Below, one piece after another: positions 31,187 to 41,589 of a stretch of DNA of 60,415 nucleotides. The position numbers and the translations under genes were made by a program. This DNA is from Nitrospira sp. (GTDB lineage: Bacteria; Nitrospirota; Nitrospiria; Nitrospirales; Nitrospiraceae). The number at the start of each line of letters is the position of its first letter. Position 1 is the first letter of the stretch. Under the pieces are notes generated by a model. The model was not told the DNA's origin, searched no databases, and was given only the letters and a program-made list of their open reading frames with translations. The stretch spans positions 20,975 through 81,389 of the forward strand of contig JABMDK010000008.1 of NCBI GenBank assembly GCA_015903995.1, given 5' to 3'.

Positions 31187-32398
31187 ATGGATGAAGTGGA
31201 TTCGGTCACCGCTCTGTGGGAATGGCTCACTCGCGATGTTACGGTTGTCGGTGGGCTTCAGAGTCCCATGTTGAGCTGGCTCGGTGCTGCCGGGATCCTG
31301 ATTTTGTGTCTGTGGCATAGTGCAGTGCTTGTCAAAGGTGTATTCCAAATCCAAGGGGCGCTTGTGCGCTTTCAGTTGTCCGTCGTGCCACTGGTGTTGG
31401 CACGGCAACAGCTGTCCAAGGATTGGCTGGTCATCCCGGCGTTGGCAAAAAAGCGAGCGCGTCTTGATGTATCCTCCGAAGCGCGACGCGATCTTGACGA
31501 TCTGCAAACGCTGGATCGTGTGGTACGGTCTGAACCGGCGTTCGCCAGAGACTGGCTTGCATACCGCAAAACCTTCACCGTCGAGCAATCCGCCTGGTTT
31601 CTTGAGCCGACGGTCCACAGCCAGCGCTCCGCCAGTGAGTTTTTCTCGTTCGAATCTCTCTGCGCCACTCAGCTCAATGTCCGGTTTTACCGGCAACTTC
31701 CCGCCTTCATGACGGGGATGGGTTTGATGTTCACTTTCCTGGCCATTTTGATCGGCCTCAGCAAACTCCATGCAAATGGGTCGGAGATTGATGGCATTCA
31801 AGGACTGATCAATGGGCTCTCAGGAAAGTTTGTAACATCCATCGTCGGCTTGGCATGCGCCAATGCGTTTACTCTACTTGAGCATACGCTCTGGCATCGG
31901 CTGGACAACCGACACCGGGAGTGTGTCTCCATCCTGGACGAAATGTTTCCTCAAAAAGCGACCGAGTCGCATACCCAAGTGTCTCCATCGGCGAACGGAT
32001 CTCCGACGGCCCTCGTTACTCCCATCCGCAACGACACGGTACATCAGCTTGTCGAGGCGATGCAGCAACGCCTCGGATCCACCGCTGCGGCGTTGAACTC
32101 CGCCGCACAGGCGCTCACGGCGCTGCATGCCAAACATTCATCGATGAAGCAGGATGACTTGCCTAGGGAGATCGGGCACGAGGTTCAGCGGGCGCTAAGA
32201 CCCATGATGAATCCCTTGCTGGAAGCCATTCACGATCTTAACCGCTTGATCAAGGAACAACCTTCCCCGGTACAGCTATCTCACGCCGAAATCGAATCGA
32301 TGTTTCAGGATCTCAGGAGCACGACGACGGAAGCCACAGAACCTGTACATCCGACGCATACGGATCGCCATGTAGGAAAGCTATTCCGCCGCACCTAA
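31187..32398 (+). CDS. MotA/ExbB-superfamily protein, ZorA-like
   Basis: 3 TMs; PAFMTGMGLMFTFLAILIGL and GLSGKFVTSIVG; helical C-terminal tail. Confidence 0.75.
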   Translation: MDEVDSVTALWEWLTRDVTVVGGLQSPMLSWLGAAGILILCLWHSAVLVKGVFQIQGALVRFQLSVVPLVLARQQLSKDWLVIPALAKKRARLDVSSEARRDLDDLQTLDRVVRSEPAFARDWLAYRKTFTVEQSAWFLEPTVHSQRSASEFFSFESLCATQLNVRFYRQLPAFMTGMGLMFTFLAILIGLSKLHANGSEIDGIQGLINGLSGKFVTSIVGLACANAFTLLEHTLWHRLDNRHRECVSILDEMFPQKATESHTQVSPSANGSPTALVTPIRNDTVHQLVEAMQQRLGSTAAALNSAAQALTALHAKHSSMKQDDLPREIGHEVQRALRPMMNPLLEAIHDLNRLIKEQPSPVQLSHAEIESMFQDLRSTTTEATEPVHPTHTDRHVGKLFRRT

Positions 32399-32422
32399 AA
32401 TGGCACGGAGAGCACGAAGGGG

Positions 32423-33055
32423 ATGAAGTCGAGATTTGCACAAGACTCGCGTGACAGCTCGGCTGTGGTAATGAGCGGGGTGGCCGATCTTATGACCTCG
32501 CTCGCCGTCATCTTCATCCTCTTGCTCGTGGCCTATATGACTCGCGTCGAAGATGGACGTGCCAATCCAGCTAAGAACCGTGTCGCCCAGACAGATATCG
32601 CATCACAACGTGACTCCATTCGTCCGACATTGGAATCCCCAAAACCAAATGTCCAGACGATCACGCTGCCGGATGCGGCGATCAACTTTGAGTTCGGAAA
32701 GAGCACGTTGCTTCCTGCCGCTGAAATCTTCTTGTCCGAAGCCATGCCGCACTACGCTGCACTTACCTGTAAGCCCGGAGAGCAAGACGTAGAGGCCTTT
32801 GTGATCGAGGGATATACTGACGATCTCGGAGACGACCTGCGCAATTTACGATTGAGTCAAGACCGTTCATTTGCGGTATTGGCGAAAAGCTTGGAAGTCA
32901 TCCGCGAGAAGCTCCCCTGGGCGTATGAGTGTTTCTTGCAAAAGGCGACTGCGACCGGGCGAGGGAAGCAGGATCTTCTACGGAACGATGCAGGACAACC
33001 GGCCCGCGAAAAAAGCCGCCGCGTCATGTTCAAAATCCACATGCGCCCCGCGTAG
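32423..33055 (+). CDS. MotB/OmpA-domain protein, ZorB-like
   Basis: ADLMTSLAVIFILL TM with conserved Asp; IEGYTD, NLRLSQDRS, SRRV. Confidence 0.8.
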   Translation: MKSRFAQDSRDSSAVVMSGVADLMTSLAVIFILLLVAYMTRVEDGRANPAKNRVAQTDIASQRDSIRPTLESPKPNVQTITLPDAAINFEFGKSTLLPAAEIFLSEAMPHYAALTCKPGEQDVEAFVIEGYTDDLGDDLRNLRLSQDRSFAVLAKSLEVIREKLPWAYECFLQKATATGRGKQDLLRNDAGQPAREKSRRVMFKIHMRPA

Positions 33056-33140
33056 GGTACCGAGCACGCCAGACGTTGGTTTCCCCATCATCACTGGTTC
33101 GGGCCCCCGCTGCCGTCGGCTTGGCTCATGCCGGCAACTG

Positions 33141-33962
33141 TTAGTGGTGGAAGCCTGCGAGGCCTGGTCTGTCTATGTGGCGAGTCAGTTCGATAAACTG
33201 CTCGATGGAAAGGATCTCCGCTCGAGTGGAAGGAGAGAGCGAGAGTGTCTCCAACGCTGCTGCCACCGGCTTCTGATCGTAGCCCTGATCTTTCAGCGAA
33301 TTCATGAGCGTCTTGCGGCGGTGGGCGAAGGCGGCTTTCACCAGTGTCGCGAATTTTGGCTCTTCCTCTTGGCTCAGTGCTCTCGGATGTTTGGTCGTTA
33401 GCAGTACCACGGCAGAGCCGACTTCCGGTCGTGGTCTGAAGCACTGGGCTGAGACTTTAAACGCTTTGGTAATCTCTGCCGCATACTGTGCCATGACGGA
33501 CAGCACTCCGTAGTCGGAGCTGTCAGGTTTTGCGACTAATCGATCTGCGACCTCATTTTGCAGCATCAGCACCATACGGGGAAAACGGTCGCGCTGATCG
33601 AGAAGCCGGAAGAGAAGGGGCGTGGACAAATAATAGGGAAGATTGGCGACGACAATGGTGCCGATCGGAAGCTGCTCGACCGGGTAGGTCATCGCATCGT
33701 CGAGGACGAGCGTGAGATTCGAAAGTTGGGGCCGTCGTTCAGCCAGATAGGCATGGAGTCGAGGATCGACTTCGATGGCCGTCACATGGCCGCTCGCACG
33801 ACACAGTGCTTCGGTGAGGAAGCCTCGGCCCGGCCCGATTTCACAAACGGTATCCGTCGTGGTGAGTGCAGCCAGCGCGACGATTTTGCGGACAATGTTG
33901 GGGTCGATGAGAAAATTCTGTCCCAGGCGTTTGATGGAGGCAGGAGGGAGCGGGGCGTCCAC
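33141..33962 (-). CDS. rsmA: 16S rRNA adenine dimethyltransferase
   Basis: LGQNFLID, EIGPGRG, ANLPY. Confidence 0.96.
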   Translation of the reverse strand: MDAPLPPASIKRLGQNFLIDPNIVRKIVALAALTTTDTVCEIGPGRGFLTEALCRASGHVTAIEVDPRLHAYLAERRPQLSNLTLVLDDAMTYPVEQLPIGTIVVANLPYYLSTPLLFRLLDQRDRFPRMVLMLQNEVADRLVAKPDSSDYGVLSVMAQYAAEITKAFKVSAQCFRPRPEVGSAVVLLTTKHPRALSQEEEPKFATLVKAAFAHRRKTLMNSLKDQGYDQKPVAAALETLSLSPSTRAEILSIEQFIELTRHIDRPGLAGFHH

Positions 33963-33964
33963 CC

Positions 33965-34282
33965 TCAATTCCCGGTTGGAGAAGTCTGGGACAATTGTTT
34001 GGCTAATGTCCTCAGTGGTGCGCGATAGCACTCTACGAGATCGGTAAATTCTTCAACCAGGTCGTGCGTAAAGGAGGGACCCGGTTGGATACTGGCGAAG
34101 GTTTGTCCTTCCCGCTGGCCTACGGTAGTGGTGAGAAGCGCGACTGTGCGGGCTTTCCACTTTGCTATTCGTTCCGTTCCGGCGACGGTGTTCAAATCTT
34201 GAAGCGTCTGTTTCTCGAGCGCCTCCAATTCGGCCATCTGCTGCTGAAGCATGGTCAGGCCCTTCGACCTATCAGACGACAT
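33965..34282 (-). CDS. Hypothetical protein
   Basis: Fills the gap between pdxA and rsmA, same strand. Confidence 0.65.
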   Translation of the reverse strand: MSSDRSKGLTMLQQQMAELEALEKQTLQDLNTVAGTERIAKWKARTVALLTTTVGQREGQTFASIQPGPSFTHDLVEEFTDLVECYRAPLRTLAKQLSQTSPTGN

Positions 34283-35354
34283 GTTTGGCCTGCCTCTTGT
34301 TAGTCGGAGCGCCCGCCGTTCGATTCTGGGCGATTCTGGCTGCCAGCCTGACGGCCTCAATCAGACTTCCGGGGTCGGCGATGCCCTTGCCGACGATGTC
34401 AAAGGCGGTTCCATGATCCACGGAGGTGCGGATGATGGGAAGGCCTACGGTGAGATTGACGCAGGTGCCGAAGGCGACCAGCTTCAGGGGAATGAGGCCC
34501 TGATCGTGGTAGAGGGCGACGATGCCGTCAAACGATCCCTTCGCAGCTTTCCCGAACAGCGTATCAGCCGGCAGAGGATCACTTGCCAGAATGCCCTGTT
34601 TTTGTGCGGCACGTGCCGCCGGGAGGATGATTCGCGCTTCTTCATCACCGAACAATCCATGCTCGCCGGCATGGGGATTGAGGGCCGCTACTCCTATCTT
34701 GGGGCGCTTGATGCCGAACAGCGTCGTCAGCGCCAATTGGGCCAAGCGGATCGCCTTTTCAATCTTGGCTTGGGTCAGCAGCGCTGAGAGATCGCGGATC
34801 GCAACGTGTGTCGTGACGAACATGATGCGTAACGGCCCACCCACGATCATCATGCCTGACTCGTTGGCCTGTGTGAGATCGGCCAACAACTCGGTATGGC
34901 CCGGGTACCGGCAGCCGGCCATATTGATGGCTTCTTTGTTGATGGGTGCCGTCACTATTCCATCGACACAGCCAATCTGAGCCAATTCGACAGCCTTTTT
35001 GATAAAGGTAACCGAAGCGGCGCCCGTTTCCGCTGCAGCGATGCCCGGCGTAAATTTTCTCAAGGGTGTCTCTAGCGGATCCAGTACGGCTACCGTTCCT
35101 CTCCGTGGCGCCGTTGTTTCATGACCGTGAACTGGGAGTACATTCAGCTTGAGCTTCAAGCCCTTGATCGTTCGCTCCATGACGGGAAGCGAGCCGATGA
35201 CGATCGATCGACAGACATTGCGCAAGTGAGCGCCTGCCAGCGCCTTAGCGACGACTTCCGGGCCGATACCGGACGGGTCTCCCATCGTGATTCCCAGCAA
35301 GGGGAGCTGAGGGGATGAAGAATGTGTGCGAGGTGATCGCGAGTTAGTTGACAT
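34272..35354 (-). CDS. pdxA: 4-hydroxythreonine-4-phosphate dehydrogenase
   Basis: TMGDPSGIGPE, GHTE, YHDQGL, RTSVDHGTAFD. Confidence 0.97.
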   Translation of the reverse strand: MSTNSRSPRTHSSSPQLPLLGITMGDPSGIGPEVVAKALAGAHLRNVCRSIVIGSLPVMERTIKGLKLKLNVLPVHGHETTAPRRGTVAVLDPLETPLRKFTPGIAAAETGAASVTFIKKAVELAQIGCVDGIVTAPINKEAINMAGCRYPGHTELLADLTQANESGMMIVGGPLRIMFVTTHVAIRDLSALLTQAKIEKAIRLAQLALTTLFGIKRPKIGVAALNPHAGEHGLFGDEEARIILPAARAAQKQGILASDPLPADTLFGKAAKGSFDGIVALYHDQGLIPLKLVAFGTCVNLTVGLPIIRTSVDHGTAFDIVGKGIADPGSLIEAVRLAARIAQNRTAGAPTNKRQAKHVV

Positions 35355-36345
35355 AGAGATGCACGGTATAGCCGATATAGAACACAGCTCCGGCGGCGAG
35401 CAGCCATGGCCGCCACCGACCACCGATCAGAATCTGCAGGAGACAGAGCCCCACCGCCTGCACGGCCAAGATCATCGTGGTTAATGCCGATGGCGCAATC
35501 ACCCACTCGGTTCCGATCAACCCCAGCGCAACCGGGAACGTGCCTTGAAACACCATGGCGCCTGTGACATTGGCCACGGCTAGCCGGTCTTTCTTGCGAT
35601 AGAGCCAGAGAAAGCTGTTGGACATCTCGGGCAGTTCGGTGGCGAGTGGTGCGATGAGCAGCGCCAAAATCAACGGCGACATGGCGAACAAGCCGGCCAT
35701 CGATTCTGCCGCCATGACAAACAAGTGGGCGCCCAAGATCAACCCACCTAAACCCAAGAAGGCTTGAAACCCGATCATCGCATAGGACGGCGTGGCAGCG
35801 GTCTTGTCGAAAATCAGCGGCTCCAGCTCACCCCCTTCTTCCCCGCCAGCCGGTGCGAACTTGAGCTTCATGTAGTAAATATATAAACAGATCAAGACCC
35901 CGGCTGCGATGAGGTGAATCAGCTTGGACGGCACGAAGGTGCATCCCAAGGCGACAAAATATCCGATCATGAAAAATGTGAGGTCTGTCAGCACTTCACG
36001 ATAGTTGAGGTGAAATTGGGCGGTCCGCTTGCCGGCTCGTGCATAGAGCAGCAGCAGCACAGCCAGGATGGGCAGCACCAGTGTGCTGAGCATGAACGGC
36101 GCGCCTAAGATGGCACCCAGGCCAACCTCAACTTCTTCGTGGCTTTCGCCGAAGAAAATCGCAATGATCGGGATCGAAGTTTCAGGGAGGGTTGTGCCGA
36201 TTGCGGCGAAGACGCTGCCGACGGCACCCTCGGAGATTCCCCGCCGCTTGCCCAGCCATTCAATCGCGTTCGTAAAGAGTGCGCACCCACCGAGTGTGAC
36301 TGCGACGGAAACGAGAAAGAGCAACACGTAGTACAGGACGGTCAT
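35344..36345 (-). CDS. CaCA-family cation antiporter
   Basis: Alpha-repeats GTTLPE and ATELPE. Confidence 0.88.
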   Translation of the reverse strand: MTVLYYVLLFLVSVAVTLGGCALFTNAIEWLGKRRGISEGAVGSVFAAIGTTLPETSIPIIAIFFGESHEEVEVGLGAILGAPFMLSTLVLPILAVLLLLYARAGKRTAQFHLNYREVLTDLTFFMIGYFVALGCTFVPSKLIHLIAAGVLICLYIYYMKLKFAPAGGEEGGELEPLIFDKTAATPSYAMIGFQAFLGLGGLILGAHLFVMAAESMAGLFAMSPLILALLIAPLATELPEMSNSFLWLYRKKDRLAVANVTGAMVFQGTFPVALGLIGTEWVIAPSALTTMILAVQAVGLCLLQILIGGRWRPWLLAAGAVFYIGYTVHLYVN

Positions 36346-37556
36346 GCCCGGCCTCGCGTGGTGGTTCTCGTCTTCTTGAGTCCTTGTCGATAGACCATCA
36401 GTGCTTCCTCCATCACGGTTTTGAGGGGGCGGCCGGTTCGTTGTGCGATGGCCTTACAGTCCTCATATTCGGGGGCTGTTTTTTCCCATCCGGCACCGAC
36501 CTCGGCGACTTTCATGCGAACGACTCCACCTTGGATCGTGACGGGGACGAATCGTCGGGTAAGGACCCGCCGGTGTACTTCATGAAGACGTACTCCGAGC
36601 GTGGTTGTCTCTTGGAAGAGGACCTCCATTACAGCATCCGTCCGGTCTTCCGCGGCCAGGCAGCTTAGCATCACTCCTGGCCGACTCTTCTTCATGACGA
36701 CGGGAGCCAGTACGACATCCACGGCACCGACTTGAAAGAGTTGTTCCATGACGTATTCGTAGGCCTGTGGACTGAGATCGTCGAGATTGGTATCAATCTG
36801 TATCATCCGTTCGGTCTGACTCATCACCGACGTGGGTTCTTCCTCCAGAAACAGACGCAAGACATTCGGCCACCCGTCTGGATTGTGGTCGCCGGCGCCG
36901 TAGCCCACGGCCATACTCTTCATGGTCGGCAGAGGGCCGAATTCCGACACCAATGTCCGAAGCAACGCAACTCCGGTGGGGGTGGCAAGCTCACAGCGCG
37001 GACCGTCGGCATAGATCGGAATTCCTTTCGCCAGCGCCGCCACGGCTGGTCCGGGAACCGGTAAGAGTCCGTGTGAGGTTTGAATGAAACCGGCGCCTAC
37101 ATTGATCGGGGACGATGTCATGCGAGTGGCGTTCAAGAGATAGCACCCCAGCACACCGCCGACAACATCGATAAACGAATCCACAACCCCGACTTCATGA
37201 AAATGAACATCTTTTTGATCGACACCATGTGCCACTCCTTCGGCTTCAGCCAGTCGATCAAAGACCGACCGGCTACGTTCTTTGACCGGGCCAGGCAACG
37301 CGCTGTCGGCAAGGATCTTTCGAATGCGGGCGAGGGTCAACGGCCGTTGAAACCCTTGTTGAACGATGACGTCGACCTTTATCGCCGGGAGGGCGCCACG
37401 ATGCACCTCGCGCTTCCGCAGGCGGTACCCGCGGAGTTGGAGGCGTTTGAGGCCGTCAACTAAGCTGGTCCACGAGAGCCCGGCGCTCACCAGCGCGCCC
37501 AGGACCATATCCCCACTGACCCCGGAGAAACAATCGAAATGCAAATGACGGCCCAC
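36342..37556 (-). CDS. larC: Nickel-pincer cofactor nickel insertase
   Basis: DCFSGVSGDM, VHFHEVG, TPTG, ETTTLGVR, PEYED. Confidence 0.95.
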   Translation of the reverse strand: MGRHLHFDCFSGVSGDMVLGALVSAGLSWTSLVDGLKRLQLRGYRLRKREVHRGALPAIKVDVIVQQGFQRPLTLARIRKILADSALPGPVKERSRSVFDRLAEAEGVAHGVDQKDVHFHEVGVVDSFIDVVGGVLGCYLLNATRMTSSPINVGAGFIQTSHGLLPVPGPAVAALAKGIPIYADGPRCELATPTGVALLRTLVSEFGPLPTMKSMAVGYGAGDHNPDGWPNVLRLFLEEEPTSVMSQTERMIQIDTNLDDLSPQAYEYVMEQLFQVGAVDVVLAPVVMKKSRPGVMLSCLAAEDRTDAVMEVLFQETTTLGVRLHEVHRRVLTRRFVPVTIQGGVVRMKVAEVGAGWEKTAPEYEDCKAIAQRTGRPLKTVMEEALMVYRQGLKKTRTTTRGRA

Positions 37557-37777
37557 TCAGTTCCTCACACGCGACACGTAAAATGACCGGACATCTTACC
37601 GAAGGTGCCGACGAACGGCAATCGCTGGTTCATTCTCGACGCTTCGTTGACAGCCTAGGGACGCTATGTTATCCCCCTATGAGTACGATTGAGTTGCAGC
37701 GTGGCGAACGCGCCGCCCTCGTTCATGAAAGTATGGTGTCGGTGTTTTCGTCCAAAACGTCACATAAGCTCCATCGT

Positions 37778-38278
37778 ATGAGACTTCTGCTCGGGTTGCT
37801 CATTCTCTGTGGCGGTCTGACGGCATTGTTTCCAGCAGACAGCCTCTCGAAGGTGAAGGCCTCCCGCGTCCCCAGGCCAGAGCCAGAGTTTAAAATTGTC
37901 GACCTCAACATCACTCCGACACCGTATATCTTGGGCAACGGGCCTCTACAGTTTTCCGTCACGGTTCAGCTTCCGAAAGAAGTGGATGGCTCCACGATTT
38001 TGGAGGTGACCTCGCTCATTAGTTCTCCGTCGAAGAGCTCGCTTCGGTTTCTCACTCATCGACAGCCTATCCATGTTTCCTCAGTGGTGGATGGGGAGAC
38101 CGGACGATCGAAGGTGGCCGTCGAACTTGTTTGGGATGGTCAGGATCACCGAAAGCAACTCGCCGGGGTGGGCACCTACTCGTATGAAGTACGAACAAAG
38201 TTGTTGGCGAACGGAGACAAGGGGTTACGCACCGTGATGGTTGCGTGGCCGAAGCGGGGGCTGTTGGAAGTGAAATAG
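37778..38278 (+). CDS. Exported protein, FlgD-Ig-like
   Basis: Signal peptide; WDGQD....GTYSY motif; start uncertain. Confidence 0.6.
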   Translation: MRLLLGLLILCGGLTALFPADSLSKVKASRVPRPEPEFKIVDLNITPTPYILGNGPLQFSVTVQLPKEVDGSTILEVTSLISSPSKSSLRFLTHRQPIHVSSVVDGETGRSKVAVELVWDGQDHRKQLAGVGTYSYEVRTKLLANGDKGLRTVMVAWPKRGLLEVK

Positions 38279-38300
38279 AGCCCCATCGTTTTCCCCACGC

Positions 38301-39062
38301 CTAACTCTTCACCCACAACATATTGATCCGGTGTGCGAGGCAGGCCGCGCCGAATCCGTTGTCGATATTCATGACGCCCACGCCCGCCGCGCAGGAATTG
38401 AGCATCGTCAGCAGCGCAGCGACTCCCCCGAAACTCGCACCATACCCTCGGCTGGTCGGCACGGCAATGACCGGGCACTGGACCAATCCTCCCACCACGC
38501 TCGGCAGGACGCCGTCCATACCGGCAGCGACGATCACGACCTTCGCATCGAACAGACGATCTCTCTTCCCAAGCAGCCGATGAATACCTGCGACACCGAC
38601 GTCGTATAGCCGCTCGACGTGGCTTCCCATCACTTCTGCGGTCACACGGGCTTCTTCTGCCACAGGCACATCCGCAGTTCCGGCGGTGACCACGAGTATG
38701 TGCCCTTGTGGCTTTTGCCTGGAAGCGCGGATCGCCACGATGCGCGCCTCGGGGTGGTACCGTGCCCGCCGATCCAGTCGGCGGATGGCACGCGCGACCG
38801 ATGGGTCGGCGCGAGTGGCAAGAAACGGGCCCTGTTTCTTGATGAGTGCCCGAGCGATGGCGATGATCTGCGCCGTGGTTTTCCCTTCACACAAGACCAC
38901 CTCGGGGAACCCTTGTCGTAACGACCGATGATGATCGAGTGAGGCGAATCCCAAATCCTCAAAAGGCAGGGACCGCAGGCGTTGAAGGGCCTGCTCTACC
39001 GAAACCCGCCCTTGACGGACCTGCTGCAAGAGCCGTTCGAGTCCTTCTGGATTCATGTCCAT
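38301..39062 (-). CDS. larB: Nickel-pincer cofactor biosynthesis carboxylase
   Basis: TAGTAD.PVAEEA, DVGVAGIHR, PTSRGYG, NIDNGFGA. Confidence 0.95.
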   Translation of the reverse strand: MDMNPEGLERLLQQVRQGRVSVEQALQRLRSLPFEDLGFASLDHHRSLRQGFPEVVLCEGKTTAQIIAIARALIKKQGPFLATRADPSVARAIRRLDRRARYHPEARIVAIRASRQKPQGHILVVTAGTADVPVAEEARVTAEVMGSHVERLYDVGVAGIHRLLGKRDRLFDAKVVIVAAGMDGVLPSVVGGLVQCPVIAVPTSRGYGASFGGVAALLTMLNSCAAGVGVMNIDNGFGAACLAHRINMLWVKS

Positions 39063-40081
39063 CCCTTCTCTGATTTTGCGTCCCGCCCCATCAAATCACT
39101 GAGCGCTTTCCAACAGGATTTTCCGTCGTACAACACGGCGTTGACTTCTTGTATGATCGGCATATCGATCGCATACCGACGGGCCAATATCAGTGCCGCT
39201 CGACTCGTCCGAACGCCTTCTGCGACAGCCTGCATTCCGGCCAAAATCGTCTCCAATTGTTCACCCTTGCCCAGTCGAACGCCTACTGAATGGTTTCGGC
39301 TGAGCGTGCCCGTACAGGTCAACACGAGGTCTCCGACCCCCGACAGTCCATAAAACGTGCGCGGATCGGCTCCCATTGCAGCGCCTAGCCGGATAATTTC
39401 AGCCAGGCCTCGAGTAATGAGCGCCGCGCGGGCATTGAGTCCGAGATCCAGACCATCAATCACACCGGCAGCCAGCGCCATGACATTTTTCAAGGCCCCG
39501 CCGAGCTGTACGCCGATGACGTCCGTATCGGCGTACACACGCAAGATAGGAGTCATCAACACATGTTGAAACCGCTGCACCAATTGTTGATCCGTGCCGG
39601 CCAGGCAGACGGCCGTGGGTTTGCCGGCACTAAACTCTGATGCGAAACTCGGGCCGGAGAGTACCATGAGGAGGCGGTGCATGGACGGCGGTAACTCATC
39701 CTCCATCACCTGGGTCATCAATTTCGCTGTGTCTTCCTCTATGCCTTTTGTGGCGCACACCAACGGTACGGGGGCAGATAAGTTGGATGCCAGCGTGCGG
39801 AGCACAGACCGAGTTGCATGCGATGGAACAGCGAAGAGAATGCCTTCGCAGGCGGTTATTGCCTCCACAAGGGACGAAGTGGCGACTAAGTTTCGAGGAA
39901 GAGGAATGTCTTTCAGGAAGACAGGATTTTCATGAGAGGTGTTGATGGCGTTGACAACATCCTGCTCATAGGCCCAGAGACGAATCTCAAGACCCTTCTC
40001 GGCCAGATGTTTGGCCAGGGCTGTGCCCCAGGCTCCAGCTCCAATAACGCCGATCTTGTTGATCGTGGTTGGCATAAGCAA
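39053..40081 (-). CDS. gpsA: NAD(P)H glycerol-3-phosphate dehydrogenase
   Basis: GAGAWGTAL, GALKNV, GDLVLTC..SRN. Confidence 0.97.
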   Translation of the reverse strand: MLMPTTINKIGVIGAGAWGTALAKHLAEKGLEIRLWAYEQDVVNAINTSHENPVFLKDIPLPRNLVATSSLVEAITACEGILFAVPSHATRSVLRTLASNLSAPVPLVCATKGIEEDTAKLMTQVMEDELPPSMHRLLMVLSGPSFASEFSAGKPTAVCLAGTDQQLVQRFQHVLMTPILRVYADTDVIGVQLGGALKNVMALAAGVIDGLDLGLNARAALITRGLAEIIRLGAAMGADPRTFYGLSGVGDLVLTCTGTLSRNHSVGVRLGKGEQLETILAGMQAVAEGVRTSRAALILARRYAIDMPIIQEVNAVLYDGKSCWKALSDLMGRDAKSEKGWT

Positions 40082-40280
40082 TTGAGCCTCATGGCAAAAT
40101 CATCATCCACTCATTCAGGACAGCGGATTGCGGATTATAGGAAGGCCCTCAAGAGCCTGTCAACGAACGGAAGGTGGTCCGTTCCTCCCCGTCAGGATTC
40201 CAGAAATAGCTTTGTCATGGCCTGTTCAAGTCATAGGATGGAGGAACGGGGCACGCACACAGACAATCCAGAGGATTCCG

Positions 40281-41042
40281 ATGAAACAATGGTATGCGAC
40301 ACGAGTCTCCTCAGGAATCCGTGCAACAGCGCTGTTGCTTTCGTCCCTATTTTGTGTTGTTCCCACTGCGTATGGTGAAACGTACATCGCTGGACAAATC
40401 GGATTCGCAGTGCCTGGGTTAGGTGGCGGTCTCTCGGACGGCGATGTTAATTCCCCACCATTTTCATCTCTCTTTGGCCCCAACACCACGATAACCCACG
40501 GCGACTATGAGTTATCGACTTCTCTTATGTATGGTGGGAAGGTAGGTCACTACTTTAACTTTGCGCCCTGGTTTGGCGTAGAGGCGGAAGTGTTTTATAC
40601 GACTCCACACATTGATCAGCAAGATCATGCTTTCACCATTCAGAATTCTTCAGTGCCTGGCGTAACAGTACACGGAACCTTGCAAGGGGCATATTTCCGA
40701 GTCATAACGGTGGCTCCTTTTAATCTCATGTTTCGTTATCATAAGACTCGATTGCAACCTTATGTCGGAGTGGGACCAGGAATTTTCTTTGCAGGAATCA
40801 AGGGAGAAGGTCTGGCACCAGATTCACCAGAGTCAACCTCAGATAATGCGAGACTTGGGTTGAACGCAAAAGCTGGTCTTGAATACCATGTCACCAAACA
40901 CCTGACGACATTCGCCGAGTGGAAATTCAATTACGTACACTTCGACTTCGATGAAAATCAAAATTTCTTCCCATTTTTCTTTGGCTTAGATGCTACATAC
41001 ACGATGCATCTCGTCTCATTCGGGGTTGGCTATCGCTTCTGA
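40281..41042 (+). CDS. Outer-membrane beta-barrel protein
   Basis: Signal peptide, PYVGVG, terminal GYRF; AT-richer than flanks. Confidence 0.8.
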   Translation: MKQWYATRVSSGIRATALLLSSLFCVVPTAYGETYIAGQIGFAVPGLGGGLSDGDVNSPPFSSLFGPNTTITHGDYELSTSLMYGGKVGHYFNFAPWFGVEAEVFYTTPHIDQQDHAFTIQNSSVPGVTVHGTLQGAYFRVITVAPFNLMFRYHKTRLQPYVGVGPGIFFAGIKGEGLAPDSPESTSDNARLGLNAKAGLEYHVTKHLTTFAEWKFNYVHFDFDENQNFFPFFFGLDATYTMHLVSFGVGYRF

Positions 41043-41110
41043 CAGATAACCCTCCTTGCAACCACAACACTGGGAAAACGAGTTTCTTTCCTGTAATCTC
41101 TCTCTGTGCT

Positions 41111-41494
41111 GTGATCTCTTATTGGTCGACTATGCAAATCTGTCCTGCCTGTAGCCGGTCACAACCGGAGATCAATCGTTTCTGCATCGAATGCGGCCGG
41201 CGGCTTGAAGGTCGATCGGATGGCTCACCGCCTTCTCAGCATCAGACTACCTCAGCACCAGATCAACTCAATCTCACGGTGCTCTATGGGATGGTCGTTG
41301 CGCTGATCCTGGCCGTCTTGTTTCCTCCATGGGAGACCCCACCGGCGCAAACGCCTGAATTTCTCGGCATGTATTTCATCCTTTCTCCTCCAACTCCGGA
41401 AGCCGTCGTGAGCCGCATGCTCCTGACGATTGAACTCGTTACGATCGCCATTGCTGGCATGTATGGTGCGTTTCTCTTCAGAACGAAGTCGTGA
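41111..41494 (+). CDS. Zinc-ribbon membrane protein
   Basis: CPAC...FCIECG plus 2 TMs. Confidence 0.7.
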   Translation: MISYWSTMQICPACSRSQPEINRFCIECGRRLEGRSDGSPPSQHQTTSAPDQLNLTVLYGMVVALILAVLFPPWETPPAQTPEFLGMYFILSPPTPEAVVSRMLLTIELVTIAIAGMYGAFLFRTKS

Positions 41495-41589
41495 AAGTTA
41501 GTCGGAAAGTTAAAAAGTTCTCAAGCCCTCCCTGGACTCTTCACTTGAAAACTTGATGACCATTGAGGGAACAAGATGATGTGGTTGCA

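Noticed and set aside
32401-32415. TGGCACGG before the ZorB-like gene as a second sigma54 promoter
   Set aside because: No -12 TTGC element, and it overlaps the RBS region
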